From: a virus | Reading direction: 5' to 3' (one strand) | DNA length: 64,000 nucleotides | Virus record (IMG/VR): IMGVR_UViG_3300044701_004608 | Location: 47,783 to 111,782 of that record | Shown here: one piece after another, positions 56,419-64,000 of the stretch | Layout: each line of letters begins with the position of its first letter | Position numbering within the stretch: the stretch's first letter is position 1 | Program-made: the position numbers and the translations under genes | The notes under the pieces: model-generated | The model's database searches: none | What the model was told of the DNA's origin: nothing | Seen by the model: only the letters and a program-made list of their open reading frames with translations

Positions 56419-57012
56419 ATGAATGAAAAAAATTGGTTGTTTAAAAAAGTTTCCTTGCCACATGTCCCCGAGTATCTAATAGAAATGGCCAGCGAAGAGT
56501 CTGCGCCCGGCATCGGAGACCAAGGCGGAATATACTCAACTCCATACCAACTCGATGGTTGGAAAGGACAATCCTATGCAGCTCCTAGAATAGTGCGGAA
56601 GTCATTCGATGAGAGATTCACTGAATGGGTAAAAGAAAATATCACAGAAAACTTCCAAATTGCAGGAATCATGGTGTGCGAAGGAACACCGGATACGCCG
56701 AGCACCGGAGCACACTCTGATCTCACTAGAGATTTCGCATTGATCTACACGGCTACTCCAGGTGGCGATCACACAGACATTTCATTCTGGAAAGAAGAAA
56801 ATAATCCTGTGTGGAGAGGGAGGGGAGTGCGAGTATCTGATTTTAGCTCTCTTGAGTTTGTCGAATCATTCCCAACGCCGGTAAGGCATTGGTATCTTCT
56901 TAATGTAGGCGTACTACATAGCGTAGAAAATTTATCTGGCAAGAGAGTCAATTTTCAAGTCAGCTTCGAGGGAGAGCTCCCCGAAGAAATACAAAATCTG
57001 TTGACGTCTTAA
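56419..57012 (+). CDS. Cupin/2OG-Fe(II)-oxygenase-like protein
   Basis: TGAHSD...LHSVEN..R. Confidence 0.7.
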   Translation: MNEKNWLFKKVSLPHVPEYLIEMASEESAPGIGDQGGIYSTPYQLDGWKGQSYAAPRIVRKSFDERFTEWVKENITENFQIAGIMVCEGTPDTPSTGAHSDLTRDFALIYTATPGGDHTDISFWKEENNPVWRGRGVRVSDFSSLEFVESFPTPVRHWYLLNVGVLHSVENLSGKRVNFQVSFEGELPEEIQNLLTS

Positions 57013-57016
57013 TTTT

Positions 57017-57101
57017 TGGTGCCTCGGGCCGGACTCGAACCGGCACACCTTGCGGCGAGGGATTTTAAGTCCCTTGTGTCTACCTATTTCACCACCGAGG
57101 C
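57017..57101 (-). tRNA. tRNA-Leu(TAA)
   Basis: Cloverleaf with variable arm; CCA. Confidence 0.93.
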
Positions 57102-57111
57102 GCCTTTCAAT

Positions 57112-57717
57112 TTACATACACGGCCCATTGCCGTTGCGGAAACCCACTACCCCACCTTCCTCTTCGATTCTTTTGATCACATCTTCAAAAAGGATGGGGG
57201 CGAAATCGGGTGTCTGTTCCACGCACACACAATGGTAACGAGTATCAATCTCGTTTGAGTATAGCACTTCGCCTGTTCTAGCGTCAACTCCTCTGGCTTT
57301 CATAACACGGTTGGCATGTAAGTGCCCATGGATGTTCACACCAAAACGGCCAAGGCTTGCTTCATGGACGGGAATATGGCTGAGTATCATTCCGTTCATC
57401 ACATGGTAAGCACGAAGTTCACGGAAATACTGACCGTATTCGACGTCACGGAAGATGTCATGATTGCCGCGGATAAGAACTTTGTCACCGTTGAGGCGGC
57501 TGAGCGTTTGCAATGCTCGTCTATTGATAACGACATCGCCTAGGTGATAGACTTTGTCGTTGGGCCTCACACGGGCGTTCCACGCGGCAATCATGGCTTC
57601 GTCCATTTCATCCGGGTCGTCCCAGGGACGCAGTTTGGTCACACCATCATTGCGTGTAAAGCGACATACGCCTGCGTGACCGAAGTGCGTGTCGCTGACT
57701 AAAAATACTGCGGGCAT
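57112..57717 (-). CDS. Calcineurin-like metallophosphoesterase
   Basis: SDTHFGH, HLGD, GNHD, HGHLH. Confidence 0.9.
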   Translation of the reverse strand: MPAVFLVSDTHFGHAGVCRFTRNDGVTKLRPWDDPDEMDEAMIAAWNARVRPNDKVYHLGDVVINRRALQTLSRLNGDKVLIRGNHDIFRDVEYGQYFRELRAYHVMNGMILSHIPVHEASLGRFGVNIHGHLHANRVMKARGVDARTGEVLYSNEIDTRYHCVCVEQTPDFAPILFEDVIKRIEEEGGVVGFRNGNGPCM

Positions 57718-57731
57718 AGTCTCCTCCTTTC

Positions 57732-58295
57732 TTAAACGTCTTCGTTGTTATTAAAACGATACTTACGTCTCGCGTCAGCAAGTGTAAACACCTTTTCGTT
57801 ATCGTTAGTCCAATCTTCTGCTAAAGGAACCCCATTGATTGAATGAGGCTCCTGTTCGTCGTAGGTCCAACCTAGCGACTTCATCATCAGATGCTTGACT
57901 AATAAGTTAGGACTGCGGAATACTTCTGTGTCGTTGAAGCCCATCATCACCCCTACTTCGCAGACAGCGCCACTACGGCAAACACCTGCGTGACAATGTA
58001 CTACAACATTCATCCTCTTGTCTAGTGCGTGTTGTAACAATCGTACAAGTTGCTCTGCCTGCGCTTCGGTGATTGCAAATTCACTAACGTCAGACCACTC
58101 GCCTTCACCGTTGTTAGTCAAGCCGTCGGCTTCTACGTCAAGGAACTCGAATTGATGGATTTCTTTGAACTGCTTTAGCGGAATAGGAAACTCGTATGCT
58201 GGATCGACGATCTGTATCAGCATAGAATTTTCTCCAGCTTCGAAGTGACGAGCAGACTTGATATCGCTCATCGATACGTTTTGGATCCAAGGCAT
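57732..58295 (-). CDS. Dual-specificity/tyrosine phosphatase family protein
   Basis: HCHAGVCRS (CX5R). Confidence 0.85.
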   Translation of the reverse strand: MPWIQNVSMSDIKSARHFEAGENSMLIQIVDPAYEFPIPLKQFKEIHQFEFLDVEADGLTNNGEGEWSDVSEFAITEAQAEQLVRLLQHALDKRMNVVVHCHAGVCRSGAVCEVGVMMGFNDTEVFRSPNLLVKHLMMKSLGWTYDEQEPHSINGVPLAEDWTNDNEKVFTLADARRKYRFNNNEDV

Positions 58296-58312
58296 GATTT
58301 ACTCCTGATTGT

Positions 58313-58388
58313 TGGTTGCGGGGGGAGGATTCGAACCTCCGGCTTCCAGGTTATGAGCCTGGCGGTCTGACCACTGACGTACCCCGCG
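58313..58388 (-). tRNA. Initiator-type tRNA-fMet(CAT)
   Basis: CAT anticodon; C1:A72 mismatch; CGCGGGG acceptor. Confidence 0.88.
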
Positions 58389-58394
58389 GCAGAA

Positions 58395-58582
58395 ATATAG
58401 TTAAAAGCACCGTCTCATGTTTAAGAGGGTCCTTCACGAGTCGTCCCTCCCCCACGACATACTCATCCTGTAGCCAACAGGCTCGCCCGGATATCGGGTG
58501 TAGGAGTCTGGGGTGGAGTCATTCCCTGACGGTTAGGAGGTGGCCGGCTAAGCCTTTCTTTCGCTCACGCTTTTAACTATAT
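58395..58582. ncRNA. Candidate structured ncRNA bounded by a 14-bp inverted repeat
   Basis: ATATAGTTAAAAGC...GCTTTTAACTATAT enclosing a GC-rich non-coding core between two tRNAs. Confidence 0.5.
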
Positions 58583-58589
58583 ATTGTAT

Positions 58590-58672
58590 TGGTGCCCCAG
58601 GACGGACTCGAACCGTCACTCCGAAGAACTAGTTCCTAAGACTAGCGTGTCTACCAATTCCACCACCAGGGC
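58590..58672 (-). tRNA. tRNA-Leu(TAG)
   Basis: Cloverleaf; CCA. Confidence 0.93.
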
Positions 58673-58684
58673 ATGATTACCGAA

Positions 58685-58837
58685 TCAACTCGGAACGATA
58701 TGCGGTATGTAAGGCACTGCTCTAGGGCCACCGTACAGTTGCTCGAAAAGTTTTTTGGCTTCTTGCGGGGTGTCCGCATAGATCCTTTTCTTTTCTTCAC
58801 CCTGTGGTGTCCTTACAGTAGTTTCATACATCGGCAT
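58685..58837 (-). CDS. 50-aa hypothetical protein (not in ORF track)
   Basis: MPMYETTVRTPQGEEKKRIYADTPQEAKKLFEQLYG...; AGGA RBS. Confidence 0.6.
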   Translation of the reverse strand: MPMYETTVRTPQGEEKKRIYADTPQEAKKLFEQLYGGPRAVPYIPHIVPS

Positions 58838-58854
58838 ATCAATTTCCTAAATAT

Positions 58855-58931
58855 TGGTCGGAGTACAAGGATTCGAACCTTGGACCCCCTGGTCCCAAAC
58901 CAGGTGCGCTACCAGACTGCGCCACACTCCG
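58855..58931 (-). tRNA. tRNA-Pro(TGG)
   Basis: Cloverleaf; CCA. Confidence 0.93.
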
Positions 58932-58944
58932 ATAAACTAACACT

Positions 58945-59021
<77 letters not shown>

Positions 59022-59028
59022 AGATCGT

Positions 59029-59103
59029 TGGTGCGGGATCACGGTTTCGAACCGCGGACCCACGGCGTGTAAAGCCGTTGCTCTACCCCTGAGCTAATCC
59101 CGC
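59029..59103 (-). tRNA. tRNA-Val(TAC)
   Basis: Cloverleaf; CCA. Confidence 0.92.
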
Positions 59104-59535
59104 CTTATATTCTTGAAGATACAAATTTCTTTTTGTATTCTTCCTGTACCTACTACCTTGTCCCTTGCTGCCAAAGTTTTCTGTCTGTGTATGGCAATTC
59201 GGGCAAAGTAATCTTAAATTTTTTGGATAATTGTTATCGCTATCCCCATCTATATGATCTACTTGTAATACTAAAGGTTTATTATTCCAGGTACTTTCTT
59301 GACCGCACTCAAAGCATCGATCTCCGAACTTTTCTATTAGATATTTTTTTAAAGCAGGTGAACCGTCGGGGACTTCACCTCGCTCGATTCTTCCCATTGT
59401 TTCGTTGACCCATTTGTAATTTCCCTGGCAGACATTGTCACAAAATTTATTGATTTTGCTACTGCCCCACAAATTCTCTTTATTACAATGTAGGCAATTA
59501 TATCTTTTAGTACTTCCTTTTATCCCTTTTGGCAT
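59083..59535 (-). mobile_element. HNH homing endonuclease gene
   Basis: CFECG..LQVDHIDGD..NN..NLRLLCPNCH; start revised to MPKG; stop lies inside tRNA-Val. Confidence 0.88.
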
Positions 59536-59537
59536 AT

Positions 59538-59570
59538 ATAGACCTCCACATATATTTAGTGTAGGTCTAT
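59538..59570 (-). promoter_or_regulatory. SD-sequestering hairpin with late promoter in its loop
   Basis: ATAGACCT-A-CAC-TAAATATAT-GTG-G-AGGTCTAT then AT-ATG. Confidence 0.75.
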
Positions 59571-59576
59571 GTTTTT

Positions 59577-59597
59577 TACCAACTGAGCTAACGACCC
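59577..59597 (-). pseudogene. Orphan tRNA 5' fragment
   Basis: GGGTCGTTAGCTCAGTTGGTA with no matching 3' half. Confidence 0.65.
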
Positions 59598-59603
59598 GGA
59601 ATC

Positions 59604-59678
59604 TGGAGCGGGTGAGGAGATTCGAACTCCTGACATTCACTTTGGCAAAGTGACATTCTACCCCTGAATTACACCCGC
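59604..59678 (-). tRNA. tRNA-Gly(GCC)
   Basis: Cloverleaf; TCCA end. Confidence 0.93.
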
Positions 59679-59685
59679 AGACTCT

Positions 59686-59913
59686 TTATTTAACTTTCCT
59701 GAGATACTCTCGGCCGATTTGTTCATTCTGTAATTCTAACAAAGCCGAAACTACTGGATAAGATCCTTTGCTGGGATCTGTTTCTCGATCACGTTTAGAA
59801 ATTTCTCGTGCCCTTGCGGCCAACATCAGTATCATATCAAATCTGTTGTTGCCGGCATTTTCCACACAGCGTTCGACATCAATTTCTTGTGTGCGACTTA
59901 GTGATTTAGTCAT
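59686..59913 (-). CDS. rpoZ: RNA polymerase omega subunit homolog
   Basis: VERCVEN..NRFDMILMLAARAREI..PVVSALLEL. Confidence 0.75.
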   Translation of the reverse strand: MTKSLSRTQEIDVERCVENAGNNRFDMILMLAARAREISKRDRETDPSKGSYPVVSALLELQNEQIGREYLRKVK

Positions 59914-59931
59914 ATCTTTCCTTTATGAAAT

Positions 59932-60005
59932 TGGAGCGGCGAGCGGGAATCGAACCCGCGGCTCTAGCTTGGAAGGCTAGGGTATTACCATTATACGACC
60001 GCCGC
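59932..60005 (-). tRNA. tRNA-Gly(TCC)
   Basis: Cloverleaf; TCCA end. Confidence 0.93.
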
Positions 60006-60007
60006 AT

Positions 60008-60580
60008 CTATTTAAATCGTGGGCCAGCGACCCATCCTACTAAACTCAATCTATTCCCCGAGGTTACTGGCGTGACTTCGTGTAACACCCAACTTGGGAA
60101 AAATATCAATTTTCCTTTTTCTCTTGGTGCTACTGTCGCTTCCTCACCAAAATACAACTTTAAATCTCCGCCTGTGTAATCATCATCATTTGATAATTGT
60201 AACACGAAACTTAATTTCCTACAACCGCCGATTCGCTCACCTATGTCGATATGTGTTCCATATTTTCCTTGGATTTCACCAGAATATCGAGTAAATTGGA
60301 GATCCTCAATATGAGTGAGATCGTAATGAAAATATTTGTCATTGACTGCTTTGACGTTCCAGGTCAAGGTATTATAGATCCACTGGTACTCTACGTTGCT
60401 GTGTTCGAACCATGATATATCACTGACACGATGACCTGGGGAAGACTTGACGGCTTCCCCAGGCACCATTGGTGCCGACAGTCCTAGTTTGATAATTTTA
60501 TCAAGTTCGTCGTTGGAGAACATATCTGCTCTCCAGGTCCAGAATTTGTTATCATGTGGCGGATCTAGTAACCAACTCAT
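60008..60580 (-). CDS. 2OG-Fe(II) oxygenase (prolyl-4-hydroxylase-like)
   Basis: HID..RKLS..YTGGDL..FPSWVLHEVTPV..R.SLVGW..GP. Confidence 0.9.
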   Translation of the reverse strand: MSWLLDPPHDNKFWTWRADMFSNDELDKIIKLGLSAPMVPGEAVKSSPGHRVSDISWFEHSNVEYQWIYNTLTWNVKAVNDKYFHYDLTHIEDLQFTRYSGEIQGKYGTHIDIGERIGGCRKLSFVLQLSNDDDYTGGDLKLYFGEEATVAPREKGKLIFFPSWVLHEVTPVTSGNRLSLVGWVAGPRFK

Positions 60581-60581
60581 A

Positions 60582-61055
60582 CTAAGCTGCCTTCGTGATG
60601 CTCTTTAGGCGATCTGCGGCATAGCTGGCGGCAAAGGCACGTGGTTTCACCATCGGGATCACGTTACAAGTACCACGGATATAACCGATCGCTTGGTTGA
60701 TCACACACGAACTGCCGTGCATTTCATTCGGGTTGATGTCCAGATGTACTTCCACTTCTCGATCTACTAGTGCTGGTTGTAATCGTTGGAACATTTCTGA
60801 TACGCGATACACTTCGTTCATGAGTCGCATAGATGGACGATCGACCTTTTGATCATAATCTCGTTCCCGAGACACTTCACCAAAAATCTTACACCCATGC
60901 CGGCCACCGATATGTATCACTATCGCTACAGTATACTCGGCCCACCATACATTTTTTTCTAGATATCTTTCCGAATCGGCACCAAGATAGACCCGTGTGT
61001 TGGGTGGTTGTGCCTCGATAAATGCGACGATTTCGTCGATATTGAGCAACTTCAA
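60582..61055 (-). CDS. RNase H-like (YkuK/DUF458) protein
   Basis: YLGADS, RLMNEV, EVHLDIN, KPRAFAASYAAD. Confidence 0.8.
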   Translation of the reverse strand: MKLLNIDEIVAFIEAQPPNTRVYLGADSERYLEKNVWWAEYTVAIVIHIGGRHGCKIFGEVSRERDYDQKVDRPSMRLMNEVYRVSEMFQRLQPALVDREVEVHLDINPNEMHGSSCVINQAIGYIRGTCNVIPMVKPRAFAASYAADRLKSITKAA

Positions 61056-61094
61056 GTTACCTCCGATGTTTTGATATTTATAAGTCAGGATGGG

Positions 61095-61185
61095 TGGCAG
61101 AGAGTAAGGGATTCGAACCCTTGATACGCTTTTGGCGTATACTCACTTAGCAGGCGAGCACCTTCGGCCTCTCGGTCAACTCTCT
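61095..61185 (-). tRNA. tRNA-Ser(GCT)
   Basis: Long variable arm; GCCA end. Confidence 0.92.
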
Positions 61186-61190
61186 AAAGA

Positions 61191-61267
61191 TGGCGATGCG
61201 TAGGGGACTCGAACCCCTGACCACCGGCGTGACAGGCCGGTATTCTAACCAACTGAACTAACGCACC
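61191..61267 (-). tRNA. tRNA-Asp(GTC)
   Basis: Cloverleaf. Confidence 0.93.
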
Positions 61268-61272
61268 ACATT

Positions 61273-61348
61273 TGGTGGAGATGGACGGGATCGAACCGAC
61301 GACATCCAGCTTGCAAAGCTGGCGCTCTCCCAACTGAGCTACATCCCC
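61273..61348 (-). tRNA. tRNA-Ala(TGC)
   Basis: Cloverleaf; G3:U70. Confidence 0.93.
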
Positions 61349-61355
61349 AAAAACT

Positions 61356-61430
61356 TGGTACACCGTAGGGGAATCGAACCCCTCTTACCTGCGTGAAAGG
61401 CGGGTGTCCTAACCGATAGACGAACGGTGC
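61356..61430 (-). tRNA. tRNA-Glu(TTC)
   Basis: Cloverleaf. Confidence 0.92.
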
Positions 61431-61472
61431 CTAACTAATACTTCCGTACTACCCGATCGGTAAATACGAAAG

Positions 61473-62078
61473 ATGGAACTACACTTCAATAGAATACGAG
61501 ATTTCGTTTATAAAGTCAACCTCGATCTAGGATATACTCACGACGAAATCATCCAAGACTTATCAAACGAATCGTGGACTCCCGATCGTGGCGCTTATGG
61601 CCAGGGCGATCTCGTCGAACGATATTATATCGGATGGGATCAGATCAAAAGTCCCAGATTACAGCAGATACAAGACTATGCCTGTGGCGACAAGTTCCGT
61701 AGATCAGTGATCGATCGTCTTTATAGCGAACCAACATTCGCTGGTTACTGGAGCATCGGCCCCGACGAAATGTTCCACGCTACCGCAAGTTCTGGTCGTT
61801 TCCTACGTGATCGACCAGGATACCACTGCGGCTTACACCTAGACAACAGACTACAAGTCGCCAGTGGCATGATCTACTTCGCTGACAGCGACGACGAATC
61901 TATATCCACTACATTTTATACTACAGAGACCCGACTCAATCCTGTGCGCATACCAACTGGGTTTGGCGCAGGATGGATCTCAGCCAACATGCACGATAGC
62001 TGGCATGATGGATGGAATCGCAGTGATCATGACCGTTATAGCATGATACTGAGTCTGGGACTCAAACTAAATCGATGA
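61473..62078 (+). CDS. 2OG-Fe(II)-oxygenase-like protein
   Basis: HLD...WH..N..R; TAAATA 6 nt upstream of the ATG. Confidence 0.7.
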   Translation: MELHFNRIRDFVYKVNLDLGYTHDEIIQDLSNESWTPDRGAYGQGDLVERYYIGWDQIKSPRLQQIQDYACGDKFRRSVIDRLYSEPTFAGYWSIGPDEMFHATASSGRFLRDRPGYHCGLHLDNRLQVASGMIYFADSDDESISTTFYTTETRLNPVRIPTGFGAGWISANMHDSWHDGWNRSDHDRYSMILSLGLKLNR

Positions 62079-62154
62079 TGGCTCCGAAACCTGGGCTCGA
62101 ACCAGGGACCCACGGATTAACAGTCCGTTGCTCTACCGACTGAGCTATTTCGGA
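62079..62154 (-). tRNA. tRNA-Asn(GTT)
   Basis: Cloverleaf. Confidence 0.93.
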
Positions 62155-62196
62155 ACGGTAAACTACTTATCAATCAAAATGACCGACAAAAAATCT

Positions 62197-62273
62197 TGGT
62201 GCCTGTTCGTGGGTTCGAACCACGGACCCCCGCGTTATCAACACGGTGCTCTAACCGACTGAGCTAAACAGGC
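62197..62273 (-). tRNA. tRNA-Ile(GAT)
   Basis: Cloverleaf. Confidence 0.93.
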
Positions 62274-62275
62274 AT

Positions 62276-62365
62276 TGGCGGAAGCGGTGAGATTCGAACT
62301 CACGGAACATTTCTGTTCGTCTGTTTTCAAGACAGGTGCAATCAACCGGGCTCTGCCACACTTCC
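62276..62365 (-). tRNA. tRNA-Ser(TGA)
   Basis: Long variable arm. Confidence 0.92.
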
Positions 62366-62368
62366 TAT

Positions 62369-62476
62369 TCAGTCACACCATGTCTTGTGAGGATTCACAA
62401 GCATGACGCAATCTAATACTTCTCCGGTGCCGATCAGGATCACCGCGAATAAAAATAAACCGATAACTATCTTCAT
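62369..62476 (-). CDS. 35-aa membrane peptide (not in ORF track)
   Basis: MKIVIGLFLFAVILIGTGEVLDCVMLVNPHKTWCD; AAGGA RBS. Confidence 0.45.
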   Translation of the reverse strand: MKIVIGLFLFAVILIGTGEVLDCVMLVNPHKTWCD

Positions 62477-62492
62477 ACAGCGTCCTTTATCT

Positions 62493-62568
62493 TGGTGGTG
62501 ATGGAGGGAATCGAGCCCCCGACAGCCTCCGTATGAAGGAGGTGCTCTACCAACTGAGCTACATCACC
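62493..62568 (-). tRNA. tRNA(CAT), elongator Met or lysidine Ile2
   Basis: TT-CAT-AC loop; T-loop CTCGATT (C at position 54). Confidence 0.85.
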
Positions 62569-62576
62569 TTATTTCA

Positions 62577-62660
62577 TGGTGCCTCAGACGGGATTCGAAC
62601 CCGCACAGGGTCTGTCTCTTGAACAGATGCGTCTACCATTTGCGATTGCGCCACTGAGGC
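62577..62660 (-). tRNA. Atypical Leu-like tRNA (loop TCAAGAG)
   Basis: Perfect acceptor stem, canonical T arm, expanded D-loop, short variable region, C33. Confidence 0.65.
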
Positions 62661-62666
62661 ATTGTT

Positions 62667-62742
62667 TGGTGCCGAAGACCGGGATCGAACCAGTGACACA
62701 CGGATTTTCAATCCGCTGCTCTACCATCTGAGCTACATCGGC
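62667..62742 (-). tRNA. tRNA-Phe(GAA)
   Basis: Cloverleaf. Confidence 0.93.
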
Positions 62743-62743
62743 T

Positions 62744-62819
62744 TGGGGTGAAGGATGGGATTCGAACCCACGACAACTGGAATCACAATCCAGGATTCTA
62801 CCGCTGAACTACCCTCACC
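62744..62819 (-). tRNA. tRNA-His(GTG)
   Basis: G-1/C73; cloverleaf. Confidence 0.93.
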
Positions 62820-62826
62820 ACTGACT

Positions 62827-62902
62827 TGGCCCGTCCTGAGAGACTCGAACTCCCAACCGCTGGTTTCGAAGACCAGAACTCTATCCATTGAGCTAAGGAC
62901 GG
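62827..62902 (-). tRNA. tRNA-Arg(TCG)
   Basis: CT-TCG-AA loop. Confidence 0.9.
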
Positions 62903-62903
62903 A

Positions 62904-62978
62904 TGGTGGGAGCACCAGGGATCGAACCTGGGACCAATAGATTAAAAGTCTACTGCTCTACCTCTGAGCTATACTCCC
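62904..62978 (-). tRNA. tRNA-Lys(TTT)
   Basis: Cloverleaf. Confidence 0.93.
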
Positions 62979-63099
62979 GCTGATTTTGTTGCCGTCGCAG
63001 AGCCTTGTTGCTCTTGCGATGTGATCCGGCTTTCCTAAAATGCGCCAGGACAGCGAATGCGTTACGCTGTCTTGGCATAGTAAGTCGACGCTTCTTCAT
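62950..63099 (-). CDS. 49-aa basic protein, weakly ArfA-like
   Basis: MKKRR..RNAFAVLAHFRKAGSHRKSNKALRR; AAGGA RBS; stop lies inside tRNA-Lys. Confidence 0.5.
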   Translation of the reverse strand: MKKRRLTMPRQRNAFAVLAHFRKAGSHRKSNKALRRQQNQREYSSEVEQ

Positions 63100-63121
63100 T
63101 GCTGTTCCTTTCAGAGTTAAA

Positions 63122-63198
63122 TGGCTGGGGATCGAGGATTCGAACCTCGGAATGTCGGAATCAAAATCCGATGCCTTGACCAACTTGGCGAATCCCCA
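63122..63198 (-). tRNA. tRNA-Gln(TTG)
   Basis: Cloverleaf. Confidence 0.93.
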
Positions 63199-63199
63199 A

Positions 63200-63277
63200 T
63201 GGAGTGCGGGGTCGGATTCGAACCGACGGTTTTACGGATTTGCAGTCCGTTGCCTTGGGCCACTCGGCCACCCACAC
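63200..63277 (-). tRNA. tRNA-Cys(GCA)
   Basis: Cloverleaf; U73. Confidence 0.9.
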
Positions 63278-63324
63278 ATTGAATATTTGTGGAACTGAAC
63301 TCCACCTTAGGTATAAATAATATT

Positions 63325-63792
63325 ATGAAATGCCTTACTTGTCAGTCTGATTTACTAAAAAGAGATCAAAAAAAATTCTGTTCTCGATCTTGTGCCGCTA
63401 CTTTCAATAATACAGGAAGAAGAAGGCATTCTAAGCCCGAATCTAAATATAGTATTGTTAAGAGTTGCTTCACTTGTGGTAAACCATCGGGTCATAGAAA
63501 ATATTGCTCGGATGTATGTAATCCGAAAAGATTGAGTCTCACTCCCGAAGAAAAGATTGCAAGACACAAAGCAATTCATAACGAAGCATGGCATCGCTAT
63601 ATGGCCAAGAGAAAAAATCAAACGCCTGCTGGGGTCGATATTAAAGCCCTACAACAGTTCTATCTAAACTGCCCCGAAGGTTATGAAGTTGATCATATTA
63701 TTCCAATTTCTAAGGGAGGGTTGCATACTTTAGAAAATCTGCAATATTTGACCGTTAGCGAAAACCGTAAAAAATCGAATAAAATATTATAA
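63325..63792 (+). mobile_element. HNH homing endonuclease gene
   Basis: Zn fingers (KFCSRSC, KYCSDVC); EVDHIIPISKGGLH..NLQYL..ENR.KSN; TATAAATA at 63312-63319. Confidence 0.88.
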
Positions 63793-63867
63793 TGGCATCC
63801 CGGGAGGGCCACGATCCCCCAACGCCAGTTTTGGAGACTGGAATGTTGCCAATTACACCACCGAGAC
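63793..63867 (-). tRNA. tRNA-Trp(CCA), non-canonical T-loop
   Basis: CT-CCA-AA loop; T-loop ATCGTGG. Confidence 0.82.
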
Positions 63868-63873
63868 ATTGTT

Positions 63874-63968
63874 TGGTACTCCCACTAGGATTCGAACCTA
63901 GATCATCCCCTCATCTAGAGGCATCGCCGAGGTATAAGCTCGGAGCTTTACCATTAAGCTATGGGAGC
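63874..63968 (-). tRNA. tRNA-Ile(TAT) with long variable arm
   Basis: CCGAG-CTTATAC-CTCGG; ~25-nt variable region; 95 nt total. Confidence 0.8.
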
Positions 63969-63975
63969 GAAATCA

Positions 63976-64000
63976 TGGTGGAGACGGCTGGAGTCGAACC
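63976..64000 (-). ncRNA. 3' end of probable tmRNA (or a second tRNA-Ala), truncated by window
   Basis: GGTTCGACTCCAGCCGTCTCCACCA carries the Ala-type acceptor end. Confidence 0.5.

Noticed and set aside
63895-63925. CTA 'amber anticodon' inside the tRNA-Ile variable arm
   Set aside because: It sits in a 4-bp stem with a 5-nt loop; the canonical anticodon arm carries TAT.

Overview
This window is a 64-kb segment of a large T4-like (jumbo-type) lytic dsDNA phage. The Isc and class Ia RNR genes suggest a proteobacterial host. Nearly all genes lie on the minus strand. In order, it contains: (i) host-like proteostasis/translation genes (clpS, hsp20 with a ROSE-like thermometer, ribosomal protein bS21); (ii) an unusual 6.3-kb cassette (3634-9856) led by a LuxR/NarL regulator, encoding two helical-bundle paralogs, a coiled-coil protein, Gly/Tyr-rich peptides, four mix-and-match mini-fibre/BclA-like proteins and a HiPIP-like protein; (iii) a GIY-YIG endonuclease, SleB-type hydrolase, PAAR protein, glutaredoxin, nrdAB, an exonuclease and an iscU-def-iscA-erpA mini-operon; (iv) probable head genes, helicase, primase, fibre/LamG genes, a miniature DnaE-like catalytic fragment, a clamp-loader subunit and UvsW; (v) an early region with repeated sigma70 promoter/leader cassettes, palindromic operators and a candidate structured ncRNA; (vi) an array of 26 complete tRNAs (several non-canonical) plus a probable tmRNA 3' end, interleaved with cupin oxygenases, PP-loop enzymes, an RNAP omega homolog, phosphatases and two HNH endonucleases. 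All product calls come from motif recognition by eye, with no database searches. Several start codons were revised from the ORF track, and several small ORFs missing from it were added.
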